From contig CDRNST010000104.1 in NCBI GenBank assembly GCA_977016875.1, positions 1,178,001 through 1,242,000 of the forward strand: a DNA stretch of 64,000 nucleotides, written 5' to 3'. The translations under genes and the position numbers were made by a program. Origin of the DNA: Pavona decussata. Its lineage: Eukaryota. Positions 25,439-38,200 of the stretch are shown here, piece by piece. Under the pieces are notes generated by a model. That model made no database searches. It was not told where the DNA came from and was given only the letters and a program-made list of their open reading frames with translations. Numbering within the stretch: position 1 is the first letter of the stretch; every line of letters starts with the position of its first letter.

Positions 25439-26209
25439 ATCAGCGCCAACAGACAAGAGAGTCAAAAGAGACTGTTCTTAATCTAGCCTGCGTGCATAGG
25501 TCTCCTTACTCCTTCCAGTGAGACGTCTTTAAACAGGATAGTCTTATTGTAAATGGTGCTATAACTGAGTTCTATACTAAGACCATGAACAGGCATTCTA
25601 GTAGCTACATGGTGACCACCTTGAGTCCTCATAGTATAGAGTCGGATCAACGACAGACAATGAAATGGATGTAAGTTCCTAAGGAACTTGTCGAGCACCA
25701 GCATATATTAAATAGGAACACTCGATTATTTCGTAATAACTGAGAATTGTCAGCAAGAAGCTTGATCACCGTGTTGGACCTAAAAAAAGCTGACGTTTTG
25801 AGCGTCACTATCTTTCGCATGAGTCGCTTGATACACTTTGATATCTTACGAAACAAGTTTGGTTCTCTGCTCCAAGCAGAGTAAAGTCGCACAGGTGAGT
25901 GTCCACGTCGACGAGAATTTACATTCTTCTTAACTTGCGAATCATGTAGCCTGCCTGCAGACTCTTTCTACTTCCTTTCTTTCTTTTGTTTACTGTAACA
26001 TACCACAGGCAAAGAAAGGGGACGAACTAAGGTGATCACCAATGCAATGCCAAGTCAGCCACAATGCGACAAAACCGAGTGACTGTTCAAGTCAGTAAAA
26101 CAAACGAAAAAACAAAGCAAACAGAAAATACAACAAAGCAGCTAAGGCAAAACAAAAATAAAAGAGAGAGAGAAAGAAACAGGTGTTTCCTTGCGCATTT
26201 TAGTCGGCT

Positions 26210-29200
26210 TCAGTTCATTCCAACCGCAGTCAGCAAGAGTTTCTTGTAATCACCACTGCAGTCTCCTTGGATCATCTTGTACAGCGTCTTGTGGTACTTC
26301 TGGAGGAATGATGCTTTTATTTCAACAAGGTCAATCTGAAACACAAGGTCGCAAGCGTAAACATTGACCAACGAACCGGTTTAAAGGGGAAGTATCATGA
26401 AAATTTTATGTCATTTCAAAACCCAAAAATGTTTGTCTGACAACAGAGACCAAAAATAATTGTCTAGTTTTGTTATAAATTATCACCCCAGTGTAATAAA
26501 ATTGCCGATTAGTGCCTCTGGCCAGAGAAAGAGTAGGTCGAAATGGATTAAAACTTGAAAAATATTAGGCTAATATTTTTCAAGTTTTCGCATTTTTGTT
26601 TCAAAACTGCGCTAAAATAGGGTACAAGTTGTTTCTGTCAAGAATTGGGTTGATTTCTCTACTCTCGTTGTTCTAGAATTATTTTGTAGCAAAGTGAGGG
26701 TCTTATTTCACCATTTTTAACAAAAGAGGTCAAAAACCCCATGATACTTCCCCTTTAATGGCGCCGCCACACGGCAAACTAAAGCTCAATAACGAATGTT
26801 TGGTTTTGTCAACTGAGTTTATAAGGTAATTTGTCCACCGTAAAGAGATTCGAGCGCCGACGTTTCGAGCGTTAGCGCTTCGCCAAAACAAAGGACGAAG
26901 GGCTAACGCTCGAAACGTTAGCACTCGAATCTCTTTACGGTGGACAAATTACCTTTAGTTATAAACTCAATGAATGTAAATACAGTGGAACCTCTCCTCA
27001 CGGACACCTATTTAATACGGACACCTCTCTATTACGGACAGTTCACTTAGTCCTTGAGAGACCGAAATCCATATAAAGCCTACCTCTCTAAAACGGACAC
27101 CTCTATGATGCGGACACTTATCCTTGTCCCTTTGGTGTCCGTACTAAAGAGGTTCGACTGTATATGAAACATATATTTTGAACTGCGGATGAAAGATCAA
27201 ATAGGAGAAAGATCCTCGCAAATTCAGGCTTGAGCGGGATTCGAACCCATGACTTCTGCAATGCTCTACCAACTGAGCTATCAAGCCAACTGGAAGCTAA
27301 TCATATTGTGAGTTCGTAATATACCCGTGAAGGATGAATAAATGAATGTAAATATATGAAACATATATTTGAACTTCGGATGAAAGATCAAATAGAAGAA
27401 AGATCCTCGCAGTTAGTACGCAACTTAAGCAACTGAGTTTTAAACTCAGTCGACAAAACCAAATATTTGTTTTCACTCCCCACCGACACAGCACCACAGT
27501 TTCTCTCACAAACAACAGAGAAGGCTTACCTCAGAACGAGAAACGACAATTCGGATCAAGGTGGCGTCATCAGTGCCAGCGCCCTTCATGCTTTTCCACA
27601 GTCGATCAGCAAAGTACTCTGCAGGATTTCTTGAACATTGTACTGAAACAGCAACGGTTAAGATCGACTTCAGTGTCTGAGGTTATGTTCACACTTGCAC
27701 CAAAATATGTTTAGATTAAACACGTTTCCACTTAATATGTTTGTCAGAATCGCATTGTTCACGTGAGGTGCCTGCTTCACAAATGTTTCACGCCTGCTCC
27801 TATATTTTATGCGGTTGCAAATGTTAATTCTTCACAGTTACACTGTAAACCGCAGCATGGAGCTCGAAGTTGCTGTGACACTCAATCTGTGGTGTGATCT
27901 CAGTTTTCAGTTACTTCGGCCACTCTCAGTCTCTTCCTCTCCGCTCTCGGCCATTATATCAAAGCTAATTCATCTCGCTTGGATCGAAACTACACGTTTC
28001 AATCACGCTCAGAAAAACAATTCGATCAAAGCCGCTGGTGAAATACGTGCGAATGAACGAGTAAAAAAAGGCCCATTTTTGCGCTCTGAGTACAAGAGTG
28101 ACCTAAATGTTGTGGTTAGGACAGAGGTAACACTGCGATTTACAAGTATCCCATTCACTGGGCATCCTAGTTGATTTATGTGGGCCAACTTCAAAACAAC
28201 CTCTTACTCCAGAATAAAGCAGGTAAATTAATTTCAAATATGCCAAAGCATTCATCAGCTACAGAAGCCCTTGATCTACTTGGTTGGGACACATTGGAAA
28301 AAAGGCGAAGATCTCATCGCCTATTTTTAGTTTTTAAGTCCTTGAATGGTCTGATTGATTGGAAATTTAATTTTAATCATTTTAAAGACATTCATGATTA
28401 TAACACTCGTTTTAGTAATAACATCTGTAAACCACAGTCAATGCGCTCATGGGGTTAGCATCGCTTTATTTGCCATGCGGTAGATGACTGTAACGCTCTT
28501 CCAGACTGCATTAGGAACATGTCCCATTTTTTAGTTTTTAGACGTCTTATTAGAAACATGTAGACTCTTTTATCGATCTTATCCTTTTTACTTTTTATTT
28601 TTAGATAGCTATATTTGTAATTTCATTTTTTTGTATTTTTACCGGTTAAATTTGTTCAGGGCCTCACTGAAAACCACATTTTGACGTGGGCTCCCTGTTG
28701 AAATATCTTATTTATTTATTACTGACAAAAAGATGTAACTGATGGTAAGCAAGGGGAGAGAGGGAGGGGAATCCGGGAGAACAAGGGGAGAGGTCCAGAG
28801 GAAGAGGAAAGGGAGAGGGGGAGTGGGTAAAAGCGGAATCCTCAAGCTGGTAATAACTGACTAAGAGAAACTGGCGAAAATGTCACAACATTGCTAAATA
28901 TTTTGCATTTAGCCGGAGGTCAACAGAACAGGGGCGGGAACAGGGATTGAAGAACACTGCAAACGGCGGATGCTAGAGCCCCTTTCTCCAACCAACCAGC
29001 CCCCCACTCCCCAGTCCCTCACAAAAGATCACGCTGAGTAAAAAAGGTCTTAATTACACGTGTACCTGGTAAAGCACTTCTTGTGTAGTAACAGTAACTA
29101 AGCGAAATGACTTACCAATGCACTTAAAACCCGCCTTAAGATCTCCAGACATTTCACGGTCAATGCTGTTCATAATGTCACGCTGAGAAATCTGCAGATA

Positions 29201-32200
29201 ATAACAAATCACTTAATGAAGTCACTGCTCTATGTTAACCCTTTCCCTTGTATTTAGGTGCCGTTAAAACCCGCGCTAACCAAAATCAACTTCAGTAGCA
29301 ACCTCACTACCAGCAAGCACTGGCTTGTAGAATATGTCGTAGCCTATTCAGTAGTGAGTGAAAAAAAATAGTGTCACCTTCCTTAACTTTAATAATAGTT
29401 AATATAACAGCATTTTATGCCTTTATTCTCACATGCATAAACGACTTTCATATTTAAGTTAAGTACACTCTGTTTTTTTTATAAGAGCCTTTTTTATAAG
29501 AACGTCGAGGCTGAGATTAACCAAAATTTTAAGAACGTATCAAGAACATTCCTCAGGCTGAAAGTCGATTAAGAACGTTTTTATTTTGCTAACCTGTACA
29601 AAAAATCAATGTAACAAATAGAAATTAACCAAAATACTTCAGGGCATGTTTTGTATAACATTAACAATGTTGACAAACATCTTGGTTTGTCATAATCAGC
29701 AGTTTTTGATACCATATCTCAGCAGACAATGCACTTTGATACTGGTCACGTCCTCATTGATTTACTGAAATACATGTAGTGTATACCATGTAATTTAAGA
29801 ACATCTTAAGAATGTTTTCAGTCTCAAATCGCAAAAAAATATAAGAACGTTTAGCCTCAGCTCCAAAATTAGACGTTCTTATGAAAAAAACAGAGTGTAT
29901 CACTTGATTGGTATACATTCCTTTCGCATGCACGATTGGTAAATTATTGTATCATTAAAATTAAAGGAAACTTTTGAGTTGAAAGGTAGTTGTTCTGGTT
30001 TTGTTTCGGGGACTTTTCTGACGTTTACGGATTTCAAGAGACTCTCTTGGCGTAGATTAAAATCCACACATAAGACTGTGCGCATAATCTTAAACACATA
30101 CCTTAATATATTCATCAAAAGTTGCTCGAAGCTGTGGAAAGCTCCTGGAAGCTAAAACAACATTGAACCGAGACTCATCAGTGCCCCATTTCCTCTCTCC
30201 AGCCTACAAACAAACACGAGTTCAACATCAAAGGAAGCTATGAGAAACAATAAGGAAATATACCCCATTTAGAAGTGGACATTCTTGGTAGATCCTGGCA
30301 TAACTGACTAAATTTGAACTTTTCATAATGAGAAAGCTACCCTAATTAACACCCAAGCATTCAGACATGGTCCCAGGGCAAAAAAGGGCATTCACTTATG
30401 AGATGTTTCACTACATCATGAATTAAGAATATAAAGGCAATTTTTAAAGATATTGATTTACATCCACGTATGTGTTGCATTACTGCAGTTCGATGAAGGC
30501 AAAATAATGTTCTCAGAATAAGATTCCAGAGCTTAAACAAATATTATTGTTGGTTACAAATCTGTTGTTTTGGAGTACATCGAAGCTAAATTGATAACGA
30601 TTCAGTACTGAAAACATTGCCTTGGCTTCGCAGTTAACATACTGCACTAGCCAATACAACACATAAGTCAAAAGTGGATCCAGACAATTTAGTAACAGAA
30701 GGCTATACTAATAGCAGTTACCAAAAGAGCACAAATTCACTCAATAAGCACAACAAAATAATTTAACCCATATTTAAAAATAGAGATAATTTCATCCCAA
30801 AATACTATTTCCAGAATTTCAAGAAGTTCTTCTTCTGTTAGGATTTCCTTGTTCAAGAGCAGTCATCCTTTTTTTCCTCATATGAAATCCGAACATCTTT
30901 CCTTAAGCAACAGCCTTGGCGCATCTTTCTTCTTTACCTGGTACAAGTCTTGTGCTTCTTTTTGAGCCTTGGCCATGTCGACAGTGGTGGACTCATCTCT
31001 ATTGCCCTTGAGAATACAAAGACTCGATTCAGATTTTTTCATGTAAAGTATAACAGTTGGAACTGTGAAGGGACTGGAAAAATCTGCTTGTTGTACGTTA
31101 TAACGAGTCTGTGGGAAAACGACCAAAATCTTCCTTATATCAGGGTTTGACTGACAACTGTTTTAGTAATGAAGGTGAAATGGATTAAATTAATACATTT
31201 GAACTGTGGGTGAAGGAATGAATAAGTGAATGATCGTCAAAGTTATGTACGCAAACTTATGCAGTTAAGAAAAGAAAGAAAAAAATACTTCAGTACTACA
31301 CCAGTATTGCAGAGGTCATGGGTTTGAATCCCGTTCAAGCCTGAATTTTTTCAGGTGTTCTTTTCACAACTCCATAAGTTGCGTCCATAACTGTGACGGT
31401 CATTCAGTTATTCATTCATTGATAAGAAACCCCCCCGGCTTCTATATAGGCTTCCTCGCCTTTAACACAGTTAATATTGTAAATAGTTAAGTATGAACAT
31501 TGCAATAGTAAGAATATTGTGTATTGTCTATAATGTATTTATGTCGTATATTTTTTTGGTAAATGGCAAAATTAACGAATTGAATTGAATTGAAGACCAA
31601 GAGTTCAGTTCAGTTCAGTTTACCGGTATTGATTTGCCTCACACACACACAAACACACACAAGAGAACAAAGCAGTGTCATTATAGTACCCCCCAGCAGC
31701 ATGTAATGAACAGTTCACCAAAAACGTATAGTCATTAAAAACTAGTACGATTAAAGGATTTCCTCAAGATCTCTTGTTACATCAGGGTAGATTGTAAGTT
31801 CGGGCTTCTGGATTGTGTTCTTCATAATAATGACTTTATTACATTGGTGTTTGTTATTTCAGAGTTCTGTTCGATATATTTTATTGTAACTTCAGCCAGG
31901 CTAAAGAATATGTTTCATTCTCCTGGAGACTTCATTTTTCAGGGGTTTGTTACGTCGAGGTTCCACTGTATTCAGTACAGTAAAGTTGTAAGCAGACTCT
32001 CCAGTTTTAAAACGACTCTGATGCACATGCCAACTTTAAAGGGGAAGTATCACGCGAATTTGATGTCATTTCAACCCCCCAAAATGTTTGTCTGTCAACA
32101 GAAACAAAAAGTAATTGTCTAGTTTTGTTGTAAATATCATCCCAGTGCAATAAAACTGTCGATTAGTGCCTCTGGCCAGACACAGAGTAGGTCGAAATGG

Positions 32201-35200
32201 ATTGAAACTTGAAAAATGTTATTCAAATGTTTTTCAAGTTCTTGCATTTTTGTTTCCAAAATGCGCTAGAACAGATCAGGAGTCGTTCCTTTCAAGAATT
32301 GAGTTAATTTCTTTCCTCTCTTTGTTCCAGAATTACTTTGTAGCTAAGTGAAGATCTTATTTAACCATTTTAAACAAAAGAGCTCAAAAACCCGATGACA
32401 CTTCCCCTTCAAAACACATCATCCGAAACTATTGATTAATAGAAAAAAACATAAATTTGACTCTCGTTATTACCTGACACATAGAAACCAAAAGTCTCTT
32501 AAAATGGCCGCTGGTTTCACTCACACAGTCCTTCTCCAAGTCACGCTTGTAATCTGTGAAAGGAAGTTAACAGTCAGCTTAACTTAAGAAACCGTGTAAT
32601 ATTTGTGCATGTTAATTTTCACTCCGACAGTTAAAGCGGCTTTGTCACCTATTTTCAGACTTCTAGTCCAATTTTTTCAAGTTCCTCCCTTCCAATACCT
32701 GAACTCTGATTACAGTTTAACCTCCCTTTGAGAAAACCACTTGATATACAGTATTCCTATTGATGTTTTAGTGCTACTAAATGTGAACATACATAGTTTA
32801 AATACATATACTTTTATTCGCATTTCCATCATTTACAAATTATATGAACATGAAAACAGACTTAACTCTTGATTTCAGTACAGTTTTCACCCTAAAACAA
32901 AAATACCCGTGATGTATCCAATAGACAAAACCATGAAAGATTTCAAAAAGTATTCGATCCCTCATTCTTAAGATGTCTAGATCACTAATATACAAGAAAC
33001 TCCTCTTTGTTGAACCAATACTCACATTCTGTGTAGGTCTTCTTAATTTGAGCTATTTCCTATAAATAGAAGCAGACAGGTAGCTTATTTTCAATGGAGC
33101 TTATGTCAGAAACACGCACTAAATAACTACAGGTAAGCAATTCCAGTGACAAACCTGATTTGTGCGAGTACACAGAATGTCTATCAGAGTCTCTTCATCA
33201 GTTCCAGCACCCTGAAACAAACAAAGAAAAAAGGAGCAATTCATTAACTCGTTTATTAAAACAATCCACCAGTGTTCAAAATCAGGACAAATTGAGACGG
33301 ACATTGCTTGCTCACCCTCATGGCACGCCTCAAACACTTGGCATCATACAGTGCAGCCGGCTCAAGTAGAGCTAACAAACAGTCTTCAAGGTTGCCACTC
33401 AGCTCTGACTTGAGATCATTCATGAGATCCTGTCAATTCAAAACAGCATTAAAAAAAGTTAGTGGCATGTATACACCTCTAAGACAACAGCCTGAAACAA
33501 AGTAGTTAGTAATTATACAGTCGACTCCCGATAACTTGAACCTTCAAGGGAAATTGAAAAAAGTTCGAGTTATCGGGAGTTCGAGTTATCAAGGGTAAAA
33601 TTATATAGAAGATGACCTGACGGGAAAGGAAAATTGGCTCAAGTTAGCGGGAGGTTCAAGTTAGCGAGGGTTCGAGTTATCCGGAGTCGACTGTAGTGGC
33701 AAATTATTCTGATTCTTATCTCCTAAACGTAAATTAACATGTCTAAATTTTTTTCTTTGGAGAAAGAGGTTTTAAATTCTAAGCTTTTCATTTCTATCAC
33801 AGAAGCTTCATTAGCAAAATGAACTGAATAGAGATGGAGGATGTGATCTACCATTGGCCTTGAATCAGCATTTGTCATGTGATCGGAAAGGATCACGTGA
33901 TAAAATGGTGAGATGAAAGCCGTGTTTTTACACCTCATTTGCCAATGAAACTTCTGCAATAGAAGCCAAAGTTCCAAATCTAAAACCTCTTTCTCTGAAA
34001 AAGAGAATTTGCACACATTAAAATAGCTAATGTTAAATAAATAAAATGAATCTTCTGTCACGCTAACTACATACCTTGCCAAACATGGTCTTGTATCTCT
34101 TTCGTATTTCTACTCTCTGAGTATTGCTTCGTTTGACTATGATGTCAATAAGTGACTGTTCATCAGTTCCTGGAATAATTAAAATGTAAAAACAAAAACA
34201 GTAAATAAGACTAAAAGAAAGAAGGAAGGAAACAGAAACAAAAACAAAACAAAACAAAAAAGGAAGGAAGGAAGTTTTGGAAACATAAATTATAAATTAT
34301 CTCCACGGAGGATTGTGCAGAAAATGCTGTAACTTCATTGTGCCTAAATATGAATGTCTGAAACATATATTTGAACTGTGGGTGACAGATTAAAAAGAAG
34401 AAAGACCCTTGCAGTTGCAAAAAGAAACCCTGAAAAAAATTCAGGCCTGAACTGTATTCAACCCACTCAGCGATAGTGTGCAGTGATCTACCAACTGAGC
34501 TATCAGGCTTTCTTTCTGCAACTGATTAAATTGCATAAGTACTGCCAGGATCTCTCTTCTATTTAATTCATTACATACCTACTCCTCTCATAGCCTTCCT
34601 AAGCAACTCACAGTCAGCCTCTGCATCAAACGGGGACGCTGGAAATATGGTTGGATGGCCATATACATTCTACAAACAAAACAACACCCCAGGCCATTAC
34701 TAACAGTTGCTTAAACCTAAATGTGTATGATATGATAATTATTTTCATCTTGATTTAATTTTCTTTGAAATGAACTCTTGTTCATTTTTTTCCAAACTAA
34801 ATTGTTTCCTTTTACTTAAATCTCTTTAATTGGTTTCATCTCCAACTTTTATTATAAGATCTCTTCTTTGTGGAATGTTTTTTTTTTTTTTTTTTTTTTT
34901 TTTTGGTTAATGCCCAATAATTCATAACAACTAATAACAACACCATAGCTTTAATTATAGTTTCTTTAAATTGTCTTTGTAGGGTAAAATACGTACTTGT
35001 TTTAGAGACATAGAGGCCATCTGACCTGTGGGAACAGCTCCCTGGTAAACAACAAACAAATAAACAACTGTTTAGTCAAGCATTTCATATTTACTGAACC
35101 ATTTAATATGTACTTCACCAAAGTTAACATTTTTATGTCTGCATTGTGGCAGCTTGTAATGCACTCTAGCCTATTATTCATCGGTCAACAAACTGTCTGG

Positions 35201-38200
35201 ATCACACAATTAAAGGGGCTGCATTGTCAAGTTGTACACTTTCTGGATGCACTATTACTAAACATCTGTCAAAATTAAACTGTTCTCCATATAATTTGTC
35301 ATTGTGTACAATGCAGGTACAATGACAGAATACAAGGAAGGTATGTTTGAGTAGCCATACCCTATCATCACACTGAGTGTAGTTTTTAAGAAAAACAAGG
35401 CCAAAACATCAAGTCAGCAAAAGAAAAGAAAAAAGCGGAAAAAACAGATGCTTTGGAGAGGAAAAACACAGAGTAATGTTCTTTGGTTGAATTGAAGGCA
35501 CTTTTGAGTGAAATGAAAAATTGACCTAAAACTCAACAGTTATACTCTCAGCTCTTCAATTACTACAAGTTACATTATAATAATAAGTGTATTATCGTTT
35601 GTCTCGCAATCCCTGTCATGAAAATGCACCAATCACAGCCAACCATTGTGATAATTAAATGGTGCCGCGTAACCAGTTGACCTCATCACCTGATGAAGAC
35701 TAGCAGTAAGCAGTCAAAACATCGCGATTTACAACTCAAAGTGACGACATTGTGAGAAAAACGATAAATATACTTATTATTATTGTATCTACCACAATAT
35801 TACATTTTATTTACGTACAGTGGTAGAACTAGGTGGTGGAGGTTTTGCTGGCTTCTGCTTAGGAGCAGATGGAGGAGCACTGGCAGGCGGAGGTGCACTA
35901 TGAGTCACAGGAGCTGTTAACCAAAGAAAGCTTTATCATGAACAAGACACCACATACCAGACTAATGAAGTCTGCACTCTTCAGACTTTATAACATTACA
36001 AGTTCCTCTGGAAAAAGGAACATTCCAGGACACTGCGGCTGCCCTTTTTAATAACCTTCCTGATAATCTTAAAAAGTGTGATAATTTTAATCTACTTTCT
36101 TCATGCATTTTTAAATTCGTAAAGAATCGGGCACAGGCCAGCTTATCTTGATTGTATTTTAAGCTTTATTCGGAGAACATTGTAAATATTTTCTCTTTTA
36201 GACTATTATAAATTATGGTAATGAGTCTGCAACAAAGGAGAATAAACAAAACTGGTTTGAAATGTTTCAAACCAAAAACAAACTTAAACTACAACCTCGG
36301 GAAAGGAAGATTTTACTCCCAGCCGCCCAATCTATGCCCAATATACTCCCAATCTGTGCTTAAGTTCCGTCCCCACAGAGCCACTGACAATGTACCTTGA
36401 GTAGCATAGTTCTGTTGTGCTGGCTGTTGAGTTCCATACCCACCACCGTGAGGCTGAGCACCATAGCCACCACCATGAGGCTGCGATCCATATCCACTAG
36501 CAGGGGGCTGGGCTCCATAGCCACCTGCAGTGGGTGGGGCTCCATACCCACCTGCAGGGGGTGGACCTCCATACCCGCCCGCAGGGGGTGGACCTCCATA
36601 CCCGCCCGTGGGGGGTGGACCTCCATATCCGCCCGCAGCGGGTGGACCTCCATATCCACCTGCAGGGGGTGGACCGCCATATCCACCTGCAGGGGGTGGG
36701 GCACTATATCCGGGCATCACACCTGGTAACGAAAGGAAATAAACCCTAAGTAAACTGAAAGAGTAAAGTCACATTTGAGTTCTTTGATCCCTGAATCACC
36801 ATCATAATAATGTATAATTCACAATTAGCAAGGCAATTCCAAATAATACATTACGTTAATCAAAGGCTCCTGTGAGCCAACTCGTGAATGCAGATGACAC
36901 ATCAGTAATTAAAATTAAGACAGCTACGCACACTTCCTTGAAAGCTAAAAGAAATTATATCTTTGCCCAATTATGTCACAAGAAATAACCATTCTTGTAC
37001 TAAAAAAATCGTTTTGGCCCTCGTACCCGGCTTTCCGGTGAGCCCACCCATAAAAACCGCCAGCTACGCAGGCTACTTTGCTCGCAGTGTCGCATTACAT
37101 TTCATGCCCGGCATAAATGCGTGAAATTTTTCCTTTGGAGTTCAGTCCACGCAATCTTCATGCATGCTTGAGGAATAATAAAATGTTAATTATTAAGTCA
37201 GGAGCAATTTTAACATATTTTACAAGGACTTACCTGGGGGAGGTGGATAGCCTCCTCCTGTCTGAGGATAACCACCAGGAGGAGGGTAGCCTTGCGGAGG
37301 GGGATAGCCACCACCAACAGGGGGGTAGCCAGAGTCAGGAGGGTATCCAGGGGCAGGTGGGTAGCCCCCTCCTGGTGCAGGCGGGTAACCTGTGGCAGGA
37401 GGGTATCCACCAGTGGGAGGATATCCAGCACCTGGAGGATAACCAGGCTGAAAATAGAAAACAACAAAATGTTTTGTTATTATTTTCTCACTTTCAATAC
37501 CTATAAATATGCCTTTCTGTTATTTCCATTTTACTCATTTGACAATAACGACACAAAGTTGTCGAAACATCATGCTGTTTTATTATCGTTAATTTTCTTG
37601 ATGAAATGTTTCTCTAAATCGTTTTTTATCAGGATAATGTTCTTTGTGTTAAAATCCATGCTAAGACATGGAAAAGCATACAGTAAAATCTGGCACAGAA
37701 ATGATTAATTTTCAGCTCTGTAAGCAGTCACACACATATGTCTATAAGTAATAGCAAGACAACTGAAAAATCCAGGCAAAAATTGAGCATGTAACTTCAA
37801 AATGAAATTACAAGCACACCTGAGCATACAGGTTACAAACATAAGATAACATAGACCTTAAGGTACACCATTTCCAATGTATGGATAGGGGTAGGGTGGC
37901 ATGTTTGACCATTATTGAGAACAACTTCATCAGACTAACCAGGAACCTAGCTGTTGCTCTGGGGTAAATGGCAGACTACTCATGGTTACCAACCAGAAGG
38001 ATGAACAGAAAAGCAACAAAGTTTTTCAAGTGAAACGAGCAAGAGAGTAAGGAAATTCATGCTGCCTAATTTGTTTTTGTGCTAGGCAAACTTTATTTCA
38101 CACAAAGTACTGCTGAATATTTTCACAAGTTGTGCTGTAATTTGATATCACACATCAGAACATCAATAATAAGAGATTTATTATCCTTTTCTAATTGCAA

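Larger units (their letters stand above)
26796..27515. mobile_element. Palindromic mini-element with two degenerate hammerhead-like motifs, split by nested insertions
   Basis: Arms 26796-26885 and 26893-26970 (+27438-27515) are inverted; each carries (ct)gacgaagggctaacgctcgaaacgt. Confidence 0.65.

Noticed and set aside
25770-25830. Possible further copy of the 26796 hammerhead family on the minus strand
   Set aside because: Only gctc.aaacgtcagc matches; too degenerate to call.
36530-36749. Plus-strand ORFs with GGGPPYPPA repeats
   Set aside because: Antisense shadow of the annexin repeat exon; Gly and Pro codons are complementary.
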